NCBI RefSeq assembly: GCF_000016745.1
Contig: NC_009483.1
Location: 840,001 to 872,000 of the forward strand
Source of the DNA: Geotalea uraniireducens Rf4
GTDB lineage: Bacteria > Desulfobacterota > Desulfuromonadia > Geobacterales > Geobacteraceae
DNA: 32,000 bases
Direction of reading: 5' to 3'
Positions 1 to 7,699 of this stretch are shown one piece after another (positions within the stretch are counted from its first letter, which is position 1; every line of letters begins with the position of its first letter). The position numbers and the translations under genes are program-made. Under the pieces are notes generated by a model that did no database searches, was not told where the DNA came from, and worked only from the letters and a program-made list of their open reading frames with translations.

Positions 1-594
1 AGCAAGAAAGGGGCAACAGCGGCACGTATCCAGGCGGCGATTACTAATAAAGTCGGCGGCATGGGGGCACTCTCATCTCTGACCGCTGCCCAGGTTCAGT
101 CCATAGCCGATGTCCTGGCGCCTGCTCCCGCGCCTGTACCGACTCCTGCACCAATAGACGGAGCGGCTCTCTACGCGGCAAACTGCGCCGGATGTCACGG
201 CATCCTGGCCAATTCCGCGAAAAAAGGTGTAACTGCCGCCGCAATCCAGGTCCGCATGGCGAACCCTCCCTATGCGACACGCAGTTTGAGCGCTGCGGAG
301 GTGCAGGCCGTTGCCGCCGTGTTGGCTGTGACCCCGACTCCGACGCCGACGCCGACGCCCGCACCCGTGCCCGCACCCGTGCCTGCACCGCTGCCTGGTA
401 AAGCCGTTTATGATGGCTTCTGCGCCGGATGCCATTCCCTGGGTAGCTATGACGCCGCCGGCTCGCCAAATCTTTCCAGCAAGGGCGCGCTGGTCAACGG
501 CAAGTTTCCGACAGCCGGGGTTGCCGGGCATAAGGGCATAACCCTCTCGGTCACGCAGAGAACGGATGTGTCGGCTTTTCTCAATGCTAACTAG
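1..594 (+). CDS. c-type cytochrome built of repeated mono-haem modules (5' partial; frame open to the window edge)
   Basis: Frame 1 has no stop from nt 1, so the ATG at 61 is probably internal. Two CxxCH haem motifs are present (CAGCHG and CAGCHS). The module 'CxxCH...KKG-TAA-IQ...L[ST]AAEVQ..A.VLA' is seen twice, and its tail is already present at nt 1-120, implying a third module upstream. Modules are joined by a TPTPTPTPTPAPVPAPVPAP linker. Stop TAG at 592-594. Confidence 0.8.
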   Translation, partial: SKKGATAARIQAAITNKVGGMGALSSLTAAQVQSIADVLAPAPAPVPTPAPIDGAALYAANCAGCHGILANSAKKGVTAAAIQVRMANPPYATRSLSAAEVQAVAAVLAVTPTPTPTPTPAPVPAPVPAPLPGKAVYDGFCAGCHSLGSYDAAGSPNLSSKGALVNGKFPTAGVAGHKGITLSVTQRTDVSAFLNAN

Positions 595-660
595 TTTCCA
601 TCCGGGCCCCGGATGAGAACCTAACTAAAACCCGCAATTTCTGGTCGTATCAAGAAAAAC

Positions 661-690
661 GGGCCTGCATCAAGCAGGCCCGTTTTTCTT
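661..690. terminator. bidirectional rho-independent terminator between the convergent cytochrome and dedA genes
   Basis: Stem GGGCCTGC (661-668), loop atcaa, stem GCAGGCCC (674-681), followed by GTTTTTCTT. It is preceded by AAGAAAAAC, so the element reads the same on both strands. Confidence 0.6.
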
Positions 691-796
691 ATGTGCATCG
701 AATGAAAATTTGTCGGAAGGCAAATGCGCCGTTACCTTGACAAAATCAGGCCCGGCAAGTAATACTAGGGAACGGTTCGGATGAATATCTGCGGCA

Positions 797-1429
797 TCAG
801 ACGATGCGATCCGGCAAGGTTTTTTGATGCTTGGTACTTTTATTCCGTTGCAGCTTTACATAGACCGCGATCAGCAGTGCGCTGAAAACGACCACTCCGA
901 TCAGCGCCTTGTGGGAGTAACGCATGATCAACTCCTGGTTCTGGCCGATAAAATAACCGATCCAGGTCAGTACGCTTACCCAGATTCCCGCGCCGAGGAG
1001 GGTATAGAGGGCGAACTTGACGTGGTTCATTCCTGCGAGCCCGGCTGGCAGGGAGATGAGGTGGCGCACCACCGGCAGGAGGCGGCCGATAAAGGTGGAT
1101 ATCTCGCCGTGGCGGAGAAAGAAGCCTTCGACTTTGGCAAACTTTTCCTCGGTTATCCAGACGTATTTGCCGTATTTCAGCAGCAACGGCCGTCCCAGGT
1201 AGTGGGCGGCGAAGTAGTTGGCGTAAGCCCCTATCAGGCTCCCCATGGTGCCGCAGAGGATGGCGATGAATGCGTTCATCTCCCCCCGCTGAGCCAGGTA
1301 GCCGGCCGGCGGCATGACCAGTTCGCTCGGGATGGGGATGACCGAACTTTCCATGGCCATGAGCAGGAAGATGCCGGGATAGCCCATTGCCTTCATGGTG
1401 ATCAAGAGCCAGTTTATCGCTTCATGCAT
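797..1429 (-). CDS. DedA (SNARE-associated) family inner-membrane protein
   Basis: Typical DedA sequence (ESSVIPIPSELVMPPAGYL ... FLRHGEISTFIGRLLPVVRHLISLPAG) with multiple TM segments. The ORF is open to 1465, but the ATG at 1429 is preceded by AAGGAG with an 8-nt spacer, so 1429 is preferred. Confidence 0.8.
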   Translation of the reverse strand: MHEAINWLLITMKAMGYPGIFLLMAMESSVIPIPSELVMPPAGYLAQRGEMNAFIAILCGTMGSLIGAYANYFAAHYLGRPLLLKYGKYVWITEEKFAKVEGFFLRHGEISTFIGRLLPVVRHLISLPAGLAGMNHVKFALYTLLGAGIWVSVLTWIGYFIGQNQELIMRYSHKALIGVVVFSALLIAVYVKLQRNKSTKHQKTLPDRIV

Positions 1430-1533
1430 TGTGTAGACTCCTTTGACAATTTCTATTAGCGGCATTTTATACAGTTTGGAAGAAAAAAACCAGCAAAACC
1501 GAAGTGGAAAAATGATGGCATGAGAGGAACAGA

Positions 1534-3348
1534 GTGAATTTTTCAGACAGATTGAGGCATGAAGTTCTGGTAGGGGACGGCGCCATCGGCACGATGCTCT
1601 ATGCCAAAGGGGTCAGCCTCGATGCCAATTTCGAGCACCTCAACCTGGTCCGGCCGGAGCTGGTGCTGGGTCTGCATCAAGAATACGTGGCCGCCGGGGC
1701 GCAGGTGATCGAAACCAATACCTTTGGCGCCAACTATCCGAAGCTTCATGCCATAGGACTAGGCAACAAGGTTCATGACATCAACCTGAAAGGGGCGCTT
1801 CTCGCCCGCCGGGCTGCGGAAGGACGTGACGCGTTCGTGGCCGGTTCGATCGGACCTCTGGTAAAGCTCAAGGGGGAAGAAAGAGACCTCGGCGAGAGGG
1901 AGATGCTCGAAATCTTCCGCGCCCAGGTCACGGCGCTGACGGAAGGCGGGGTAGACCTGTTCATCCTTGAAACCTTTTCCGACCTGAGGCAGATTGAAAT
2001 CGCCCTTCAGGTGGCCAAGGAAACCGGATTGCCGGTCGTCGCCAATATGGCTTTCGGCGAGAACAGCCGCATCGCCGGCGGTATTGAAGCCGAGGCCGTG
2101 GCGGAAAGGCTTGCCGCGGCGGGTGCCGATGTGGTCGGCGCCAACTGCGGCGCAGGGCCGCTGGAGATACTGCGCACCGTCAAGCGGATGGGGGCAGTCA
2201 TTGAGCTCCCCATTGCTGCCTACCCGAACAGCGGCTTCCCGGAATACGTCGATGGCCGCTACATATATCGCGCCACCCCGGAGTATTTCGCCGGCATGGC
2301 TGCGGAAATGGTTGCCGTGGGCGCGGCCCTCGTCGGCGGTTGCTGCGGCACTACCCCTGCCCATATCATGCGGATTGCCGAGAAGGTCAGAGGCCTAAAG
2401 CCGGTGCCGCGCGCTCCCGCGCCCCCTGTGCACGCGGTGGAACGCGGCGGCGTGCGGGAGGGAACCGGGCCGGGCTTTCTCGCCGGATGGGGAAAAGAAA
2501 AGATCGTCACCGTCGAACTGGACCCGCCGAAGGGGCTTGACTGCAGCAAGGTGCTTATTGGCAGCCGGATACTGAAGGATGCCGGGGCGGACGCCATCAA
2601 CCTTGCCGAAAATCCTCTGGCGCGGGTACGGATGGGGAATATCGCATTGGCCAGCCTGATTCAGAAGGAGGTCGGCATCGAGGTAATCGTCCATATCACC
2701 TGTCGGGACCGCAACCTTCTCGGCCTTCAGTCTGATTTGATGGGGGCCAGCCTGCTCGGCATCCGCTCCATTCTGGCCGTTACCGGCGATCCGGCGAGCC
2801 TTGGAGAGCAGGCGGGGGCATCATCCGTATTCGATCTCAACTCCTTTACCCTGATAAAACTCCTCAACGGCCTCAATGGAGGGGTCAATGCCCTGGGGAA
2901 TCCCATCGGCAGCGGCACCCGCTTTACCATTGGCGCAGCCTTCAATCCCAACACCCAACGGATGGATGTCCAGGCCGGCCGGCTGGCAAAAAAGGTCGTA
3001 AACGGAGCCTGCTTTGCCCAGACCCAACCGATCTATGACGTGCAGCGCCTCGACGAAATGATTGAACAGACTGCGCACCTGGATATCCCCATCCTCCCCG
3101 GTATCTTGCCGCTGGTCAGCGAGAGGAACGCCGAATTTCTCCACAACGAGGTGCCGGGGATCATTATTCCCGAGGAGATCAGGATGCGGATGAGGGGGAA
3201 AGAGAAGGACGAGGGGGTACGGGAGGGGCTGGCCATTGCCCGCGAGTTTATTGCTGCCGTGCGGGAGCGGGTTGGCGGTTTCTACCTCATTCCTCCCTTC
3301 GGCAGATACGAGATTGCCGCAGAGCTGGTGAAATATATCAAGGGGTAA
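1534..3348 (+). CDS. yitJ: bifunctional homocysteine S-methyltransferase / 5,10-methylenetetrahydrofolate reductase (YitJ-type fusion)
   Basis: 604 aa. The N-terminal half carries the Zn-ligand motifs of the Hcy S-methyltransferase domain (GANCG, GGCCGTTP). The C-terminal half is MetF-like (VELDPPKG, HITCRDRN, LAVTGDP). GTG start preceded by GAGAGG. Confidence 0.85.
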   Translation: MNFSDRLRHEVLVGDGAIGTMLYAKGVSLDANFEHLNLVRPELVLGLHQEYVAAGAQVIETNTFGANYPKLHAIGLGNKVHDINLKGALLARRAAEGRDAFVAGSIGPLVKLKGEERDLGEREMLEIFRAQVTALTEGGVDLFILETFSDLRQIEIALQVAKETGLPVVANMAFGENSRIAGGIEAEAVAERLAAAGADVVGANCGAGPLEILRTVKRMGAVIELPIAAYPNSGFPEYVDGRYIYRATPEYFAGMAAEMVAVGAALVGGCCGTTPAHIMRIAEKVRGLKPVPRAPAPPVHAVERGGVREGTGPGFLAGWGKEKIVTVELDPPKGLDCSKVLIGSRILKDAGADAINLAENPLARVRMGNIALASLIQKEVGIEVIVHITCRDRNLLGLQSDLMGASLLGIRSILAVTGDPASLGEQAGASSVFDLNSFTLIKLLNGLNGGVNALGNPIGSGTRFTIGAAFNPNTQRMDVQAGRLAKKVVNGACFAQTQPIYDVQRLDEMIEQTAHLDIPILPGILPLVSERNAEFLHNEVPGIIIPEEIRMRMRGKEKDEGVREGLAIAREFIAAVRERVGGFYLIPPFGRYEIAAELVKYIKG

Positions 3349-3367
3349 CCCAAAAGGAAGGCCGACC

Positions 3368-3781
3368 ATGTCTATAATTGTTCGCTTGACGCTGTTATCA
3401 TCTTTGCTTGTTATTGTTGCAGCCTGTAGCATGCCGTTTCTGGTCAAGGACGAGTTTGACAAGAGCTCCAAGGAGTATGGCCGGATGCTTCGCTGGCAGG
3501 AATTCGAGAAGGCCGCCGATACTTACGTCGGCGTGTCTCTGCGCGATGAGTACCGCAAAAGGATCGTCGCGGCCAAAGACGTCAAGGTGGTTGATTACCG
3601 CATCAGGAGTGTGGAGTACGATCAGAAAGCAAAAAAAGCTGAGGTGACGATGGAGCTGGATTACTATGCCATTCCCTCGACAACGGTGAAGACAGTGGTG
3701 GATACGCAAAAATGGCTGTATAAAGACGGCGCTGGACAAACCGGCTGGCGGCTGGAGTCGCTTTTGCCGGAATTCAGGTAG
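3368..3781 (+). CDS. small lipoprotein of unknown function
   Basis: N-terminus MSIIVRLTLLSSLLVIVAAC has a lipobox (V-A-A-C). AAGGAAGG RBS lies 7 nt upstream of the ATG. Packed tightly between yitJ and the SiR-like gene. Confidence 0.6.
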   Translation: MSIIVRLTLLSSLLVIVAACSMPFLVKDEFDKSSKEYGRMLRWQEFEKAADTYVGVSLRDEYRKRIVAAKDVKVVDYRIRSVEYDQKAKKAEVTMELDYYAIPSTTVKTVVDTQKWLYKDGAGQTGWRLESLLPEFR

Positions 3782-3812
3782 CCTGCGCAACTTTAGCGAC
3801 AATGGGGAACTG

Positions 3813-4487
3813 GTGAAAAAGGACATTCTGGAAAAGGGCGCAATTCTGCAGCGGGACAGGGAGACTTACGCCATAGCGCCGCACATCCCGGCGGGGATCA
3901 CCGACACCGCCACCCTGCGAAAGATCTGTGACGTGGCCGATAAATACAGGGTGGAGGCAATCAAGATCACCTCGGCCCAGCGCATTGCGTTGATCGGCCT
4001 CAGGGAAGAGGATCTGGACGACATCTGGACCGATCTGGCCGTGACTCCCGGGGCAGCCATCGGCCTCTGCGTGAGAAGCGTGAAGATCTGCCCCGGGACC
4101 ACTCACTGCAAGCGGGGGGTGCAGGATTCGGTCTCTCTCGGCCTCAAGCTGGACAGCATCTACCATGCCATGGAGCTTCCCAACAAGATGAAGATGGGGG
4201 TGTCCGGCTGCATGCTTTCCTGCGCCGAATCTGCGCTCAAGGATATCGGAGTAATGGGGACCAATAAGGGGTGGAGGATCATGGTCGGCGGCAATGCCGG
4301 CGCCCGCCCCCGTATCGGCGATCTGCTCGTGGACAACGTCCCTACCGAGGAGGCGGTACTTGAGATCGTGGCAAAGGTCATCGACTATTACAAGAACGCT
4401 TCCAATCAGAACCGCATCGGCCGGATTATCGAGGAGATGGGGATCGAGCGGTTCCGTGAAGAGGTGCTGGGGAGTCATGAGTCGTGA
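3813..4487 (+). CDS. small nitrite/sulfite-reductase-like sirohaem-[4Fe-4S] protein
   Basis: 224 aa. Carries the Cys-x5-Cys ... Cys-x3-Cys signature of sirohaem/[4Fe-4S] reductases (CPGTTHC ... CMLSC), preceded by the ferredoxin-like half-domain (ITSAQRIALIGL). Size resembles low-molecular-weight assimilatory-type sulfite reductases. GTG start. Confidence 0.75.
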   Translation: MKKDILEKGAILQRDRETYAIAPHIPAGITDTATLRKICDVADKYRVEAIKITSAQRIALIGLREEDLDDIWTDLAVTPGAAIGLCVRSVKICPGTTHCKRGVQDSVSLGLKLDSIYHAMELPNKMKMGVSGCMLSCAESALKDIGVMGTNKGWRIMVGGNAGARPRIGDLLVDNVPTEEAVLEIVAKVIDYYKNASNQNRIGRIIEEMGIERFREEVLGSHES

Positions 4488-4574
4488 GTCGTAGGGGCGA
4501 CCCCGTGTGGCCGCCCTGATGGGCCGGGGTCAGGTATAGTTTTGATCGAAGATTGAGGGCAGATAGGGGTTTTT

Positions 4575-5333
4575 GTGGCACTGATAGAAGACAGGCTGTT
4601 CACGAGGATTAAAAACAGGGTGGGGCGGGCTATCGCCGATTACAACCTGATTGAGGAAGGCGACCGGATTGCGGTGGCGGTATCGGGGGGGAAGGATTCC
4701 TATACTCTGCTGCATATCCTGGAAACATTGCGCAAGAGGGCACCGGTGCGCTATGAAATCATGGCGATCAATATCGATTCCGGTTATCCGGGTTTCAGGG
4801 CCGACATCATCGAGGAACATCTCCGCGAGCACGGTTTCGTTGCCCACATGGAAAAGACCGACCATTACGGCATTATCAAGGAAAAGCGCCGTCCCGATTC
4901 GTCTTACTGCTCCATTTGCGCTCGCCTGAAACGCGGCGTTCTCTACGGCCTGGCCCAGCGCTATAACTGTAACAAGCTGGCGCTCGGGCACCACATGGAC
5001 GACTTCATCGAAACCCTGCTCCTCAACCAGTTTTTTGTCGGTTCGCTGAAGGCGATGGCGCCGAGCATGCTGGCGGACAACGGCCTGACTACCGTTATCA
5101 GGCCGCTGGTCTACGTGCCCGAGGAGGATATTATTCCCTTTTCCCGCAACAACCGCTTCCCCGTCTTATGCTGCTGCTGCCCGGTCTGCGGCTCTGCGGA
5201 CCAGCAACGCAAGCGGATGAAGGAGCTTTTGAAAACGCTGGAAAAGGAGAACCCCTTTGTCAAAAAGAGTCTCTTAAAGGCTCTGGCCAACGTGCAGCCA
5301 CGCTACCTTCTGGACAGGAGAGTGAAATACTGA
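4575..5333 (+). CDS. ttcA: tRNA 2-thiocytidine(32) synthetase TtcA
   Basis: PP-loop SGGKDS, conserved CSICARLKRG and C-terminal CCCCPVCG cysteine clusters, LALGHHMDD motif. Length 252 aa. GTG start. Confidence 0.85.
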   Translation: MALIEDRLFTRIKNRVGRAIADYNLIEEGDRIAVAVSGGKDSYTLLHILETLRKRAPVRYEIMAINIDSGYPGFRADIIEEHLREHGFVAHMEKTDHYGIIKEKRRPDSSYCSICARLKRGVLYGLAQRYNCNKLALGHHMDDFIETLLLNQFFVGSLKAMAPSMLADNGLTTVIRPLVYVPEEDIIPFSRNNRFPVLCCCCPVCGSADQQRKRMKELLKTLEKENPFVKKSLLKALANVQPRYLLDRRVKY

Positions 5334-5547
5334 CATGACGCCGGCGGGTACGGATGCCGTGTGTCCTTTTTACCGTCTTTGCCGTCTTGCTCCGTTGCCA
5401 GTCCCTCATCTCGTCCGTCACCGTCAGATAACCGCAGTAAATGACGACTATTGCCCCGACTATGACTATCGGTTCCATGGCCTACCCCCGTTTTTCTTGA
5501 TAAAGGGACTATAGCAGAGGGGTGTGACGGAATAAGTCGTAAAGGCG

Positions 5548-5659
5548 GTCGGCAGTCGGCAGTCGGCAGTCGGCAGTCGGTGGTCGGTGGTCGGTGGTCG
5601 GTGGTCGGTGGTCGGTGGTCGGTGGTCGGCAGTTGGTGGTTAGTGGTTAGTGGTTAGTC
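5548..5659 (+). repeat. 16-unit tandem heptamer array (GTCGGCA x4, GTCGGTG x7, GTCGGCA, GTTGGTG, GTTAGTG x2, GTTAGTC)
   Basis: Read directly from the sequence in perfect 7-nt register. The array ends 25 nt before the ATG of the polyferredoxin gene, directly upstream of its AAGGTGAGG RBS. Confidence 0.95.
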
Positions 5660-5684
5660 TCGGCGAAGCTTAAAAGGTGAGGAT

Positions 5685-6662
5685 ATGGGTAAAAGATACT
5701 TGCAGCCGCTCAGGATTCTGGTCCAGTGGGGATTTCTCTTCTTTTCCCTCTACCTGGGTATACAGTTTTATCGCTTTGTCCTTCATTTCCGCTCCGGCGG
5801 CGCAGCGCCCTTTGTCCCCCGGCCGGATGGCGTCGAGGCGTTTCTTCCGATCTCCGCATTATTGAGTCTCAAGGACTGGCTGGCCAGCGGTTCCATCAAT
5901 CCGATCCATCCGGCTGCTTTAGTGATTTTCCTCACCGTTGTGGCGGTATCGTTTCTCCTCAAGCGCTCCTTCTGCTCCTGGGTCTGTCCGGTCGGCACCA
6001 TCTCGGAGGTGCTCTGGAAGTCCGGCTTCAACCTGTTTCGGCGCAACTTCCGCTTACCCCGTCGGATGGACCTGGTGTTGCGCGGCATAAAATTCGTGCT
6101 GCTCTGCTTTTTCCTCTACTCCATACTCTATGCCATGGCGCCCGGGCAGGTTACCGCATTTATCTATTCCGACTACAACAAGATGGCCGACGTGCGCCTG
6201 CTTGATTTTTTCGTTCACCTGTCTGGATTCTCCCTGCTGGTCATCGGCGGCCTGGCACTCCTCTCCCTGCCGATCCGCAACCCGTTTTGCCGCTACCTCT
6301 GCCCCTATGGCGCGCTGCTTGGTCTGATATCCATGCTCTCTCCGGTCAAGGTGACCAGAGAGGGGAAGACATGCGTCTCCTGTGGCGTCTGTACCCAGGT
6401 CTGCCCATCGTACATACCGGTGATGGCCAAGGAACGGGTTTTTTCGGAGGAGTGTATCGGTTGTCTGCGCTGTATCAGCCATTGCCGGGCGGAAGGCGCC
6501 CTGGAGATGAAGCTGACCGGGCGCAAGGTGGTGGTGAACGGCCTGCTCTTTGCCGTACTGGTTGTGCTCCTGTTTTTAGGGGGAACGCAGGTGGGGAAGG
6601 CGACCGGCCACTGGCGGACGGCGATTACGAAAGACGATTATGCGCGGCTGATCGGCAGGTGA
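5685..6662 (+). CDS. integral-membrane polyferredoxin (NapH/MauN-like 4Fe-4S-binding protein)
   Basis: Several TM helices. Two membrane-proximal Cx3CP motifs (CSWVCPVG, CRYLCPYG) plus two ferredoxin clusters (CVSCGVCTQVCP, CIGCLRCISHC). Strong RBS. Confidence 0.8.
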   Translation: MGKRYLQPLRILVQWGFLFFSLYLGIQFYRFVLHFRSGGAAPFVPRPDGVEAFLPISALLSLKDWLASGSINPIHPAALVIFLTVVAVSFLLKRSFCSWVCPVGTISEVLWKSGFNLFRRNFRLPRRMDLVLRGIKFVLLCFFLYSILYAMAPGQVTAFIYSDYNKMADVRLLDFFVHLSGFSLLVIGGLALLSLPIRNPFCRYLCPYGALLGLISMLSPVKVTREGKTCVSCGVCTQVCPSYIPVMAKERVFSEECIGCLRCISHCRAEGALEMKLTGRKVVVNGLLFAVLVVLLFLGGTQVGKATGHWRTAITKDDYARLIGR

Positions 6663-6673
6663 AAAAGAAGACC

Positions 6674-6718
6674 CCGCAGGCTAAGACGTTTGGTCATTAA
6701 GTCTTATGCGGCTTTTTC
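6674..6718 (+). terminator. candidate rho-independent terminator after the polyferredoxin gene
   Basis: CCGCA..TAAGAC (6674-6687) pairs with GTCTTA-TGCGG (6701-6711) with a small bulge, followed by CTTTTTC. Confidence 0.45.
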
Positions 6719-6757
6719 ATGACATGCGCTCGGAGGACATCAAAGATTCCATTTACC

Positions 6758-7183
6758 TTATGCATCGCCCCACGGACTGTAAACCTTGGCCCTGCAGCGC
6801 TCGATATCCTTGACATTGCGCGTTACCACGATCAATCCGTGTGCCGTGGCCGTGGCAGCTATGAGTGAATCCATTACCGGCAGCTTTTCCCCCTTCCGTT
6901 CAGCATCCCCCTGAAGCGTTCCCCAGGCCAGAGCCGTTTCCAGGTCGAGATCAAGGATACGTCCGGCGAAACGCTCCGCAAGATCATGCTCGACCCACGC
7001 CTGAAGCTCATCTTTCCTGGTGCTGCCGGAAAGCTTGCTGATTCCCTTTTGCAGTTCTCCAAGGGTCAGGACACTCAGGAAAAGACCCTGCTCATCCTGT
7101 TCGTCCAGCCAGTTTACCACAGCGGCATTCGGTTCCTTTTTCACCAGCTCGGAGATCAGGCAGGTGTCGAGAAGAAATTTCAC
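6758..7183 (-). CDS. vapC: PIN-domain type II toxin VapC
   Basis: 141 aa. N-terminal FLLDT acidic motif, conserved D/E positions and C-terminal VVTRNVKDF-like motif (VVTRNVKDIERC). The GTG start overlaps the antitoxin stop (GTGA). Confidence 0.85.
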   Translation of the reverse strand: MKFLLDTCLISELVKKEPNAAVVNWLDEQDEQGLFLSVLTLGELQKGISKLSGSTRKDELQAWVEHDLAERFAGRILDLDLETALAWGTLQGDAERKGEKLPVMDSLIAATATAHGLIVVTRNVKDIERCRAKVYSPWGDA

Positions 7184-7461
7184 AGTTCCACCTCACGGGA
7201 GAAATCGGCACTGCGGCTGAGATCGAGCTCTGTATCATGAAGCGGTGATTGTCTGAAGAACTGCGATAACGTGGACCGCGGTTGAGTCAGCTTTTTGAAT
7301 TCCTCAAAAGAGACTAAGACCGCCGCCGGTTTGCCCCGCAAGGTGATGGTTTGCGGACCATCATGAAGAGCCGAGTCCACTACCTGGCTCAATCGGTTCT
7401 TGGCTTCCTGAAGCTGCCATTCACGTTCGTGGGGCAATCGGTCTTTTTTATTGGCTTTCAT
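7180..7461 (-). CDS. Phd/YefM-family antitoxin (VapB partner)
   Basis: WQLQEAKNRLSQVVDSA...GPQTITLRGKPAAVLVSFEEF is the Phd/YefM N-terminal fold. The ORF is open to 7527, but the ATG at 7461 has GGAGG 4 nt upstream. 4-bp overlap with vapC. Confidence 0.8.
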   Translation of the reverse strand: MKANKKDRLPHEREWQLQEAKNRLSQVVDSALHDGPQTITLRGKPAAVLVSFEEFKKLTQPRSTLSQFFRQSPLHDTELDLSRSADFSREVEL

Positions 7462-7475
7462 AACACCTCCGTAAT

Positions 7476-7488
7476 CTAGACGGTCTAG
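7476..7488 (-). promoter_or_regulatory. 13-bp palindrome CTAGACcGTCTAG, candidate VapB-VapC autoregulatory operator
   Basis: Perfect 6-1-6 palindrome lying 15-27 nt upstream of the antitoxin start. Type II TA operons are commonly autorepressed through such sites. Confidence 0.35.
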
Positions 7489-7635
7489 CCAGATAAGAAT
7501 ACCACGCTTTTGTAGTACAGGGAACAACTTTATCCTGGTCCTATGGCGAGGTGTATTTCATTGTCTTTTCATTGGGGGTACGAGGCTGACTAAACGGGTT
7601 CATTCATGGCAAAGTTCTTCAGAAATATCCATTGC

Positions 7636-7677
7636 AAATAAAAAAAGGGGCGCTGCATTTAAGCACCGCCCCTTTTT
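7636..7677 (-). terminator. rho-independent terminator downstream of dksA
   Basis: GGGGCGCTGC (7647-7656) pairs with GCACCGCCCC (7663-7672), one mismatch. An A-run on the plus strand gives TTTTTTTTATTT on the minus strand just after the dksA stop. Confidence 0.6.
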
Positions 7678-7699
7678 CATGAATGATATCAACCCGCTG

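Noticed and set aside
61-63. ATG at 61 as the start of the cytochrome gene (as in the ORF track)
   Set aside because: The frame is open from nt 1. Residues 1-20 repeat the post-haem segment of the later modules, there is no signal peptide after the Met, and there is no RBS. The gene therefore almost certainly starts upstream of the window.
737-765. TTGACA-N17-TAATAC sigma70-like promoter on the plus strand
   Set aside because: It points into the 3' end of the convergent dedA gene, with no plus-strand gene for about 770 nt. The -10 matches only 3/6. It might be a chance match or an antisense promoter, but there is no supporting evidence.
824-1459. 211-aa plus-strand ORF
   Set aside because: It is an antisense shadow of the dedA gene. 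The DedA frame has clear TM periodicity and family motifs.
2821-4478. Minus-strand ORFs of 216 and 234 aa (2821-3471 and 3774-4478)
   Set aside because: They are antisense to yitJ, the lipoprotein gene and the SiR-like gene. They cross gene boundaries of well-supported plus-strand genes.
5260-5478. 72-aa minus-strand ORF with a hydrophobic N-terminus (MEPIVIVGAIVVIYCGYL) and a GGGGG RBS-like run
   Set aside because: Only the first ~20 residues look protein-like. The rest is Arg-rich and overlaps the 3' end of ttcA by 74 nt. It cannot be supported without conservation or Ribo-seq data. A short membrane peptide is not excluded.
5548-5659. Possibility that the heptamer array is a CRISPR array or a coding repeat
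   Set aside because: The units are 7 nt with no spacers, no cas genes are nearby, and there is no start codon or RBS in any frame across the array.
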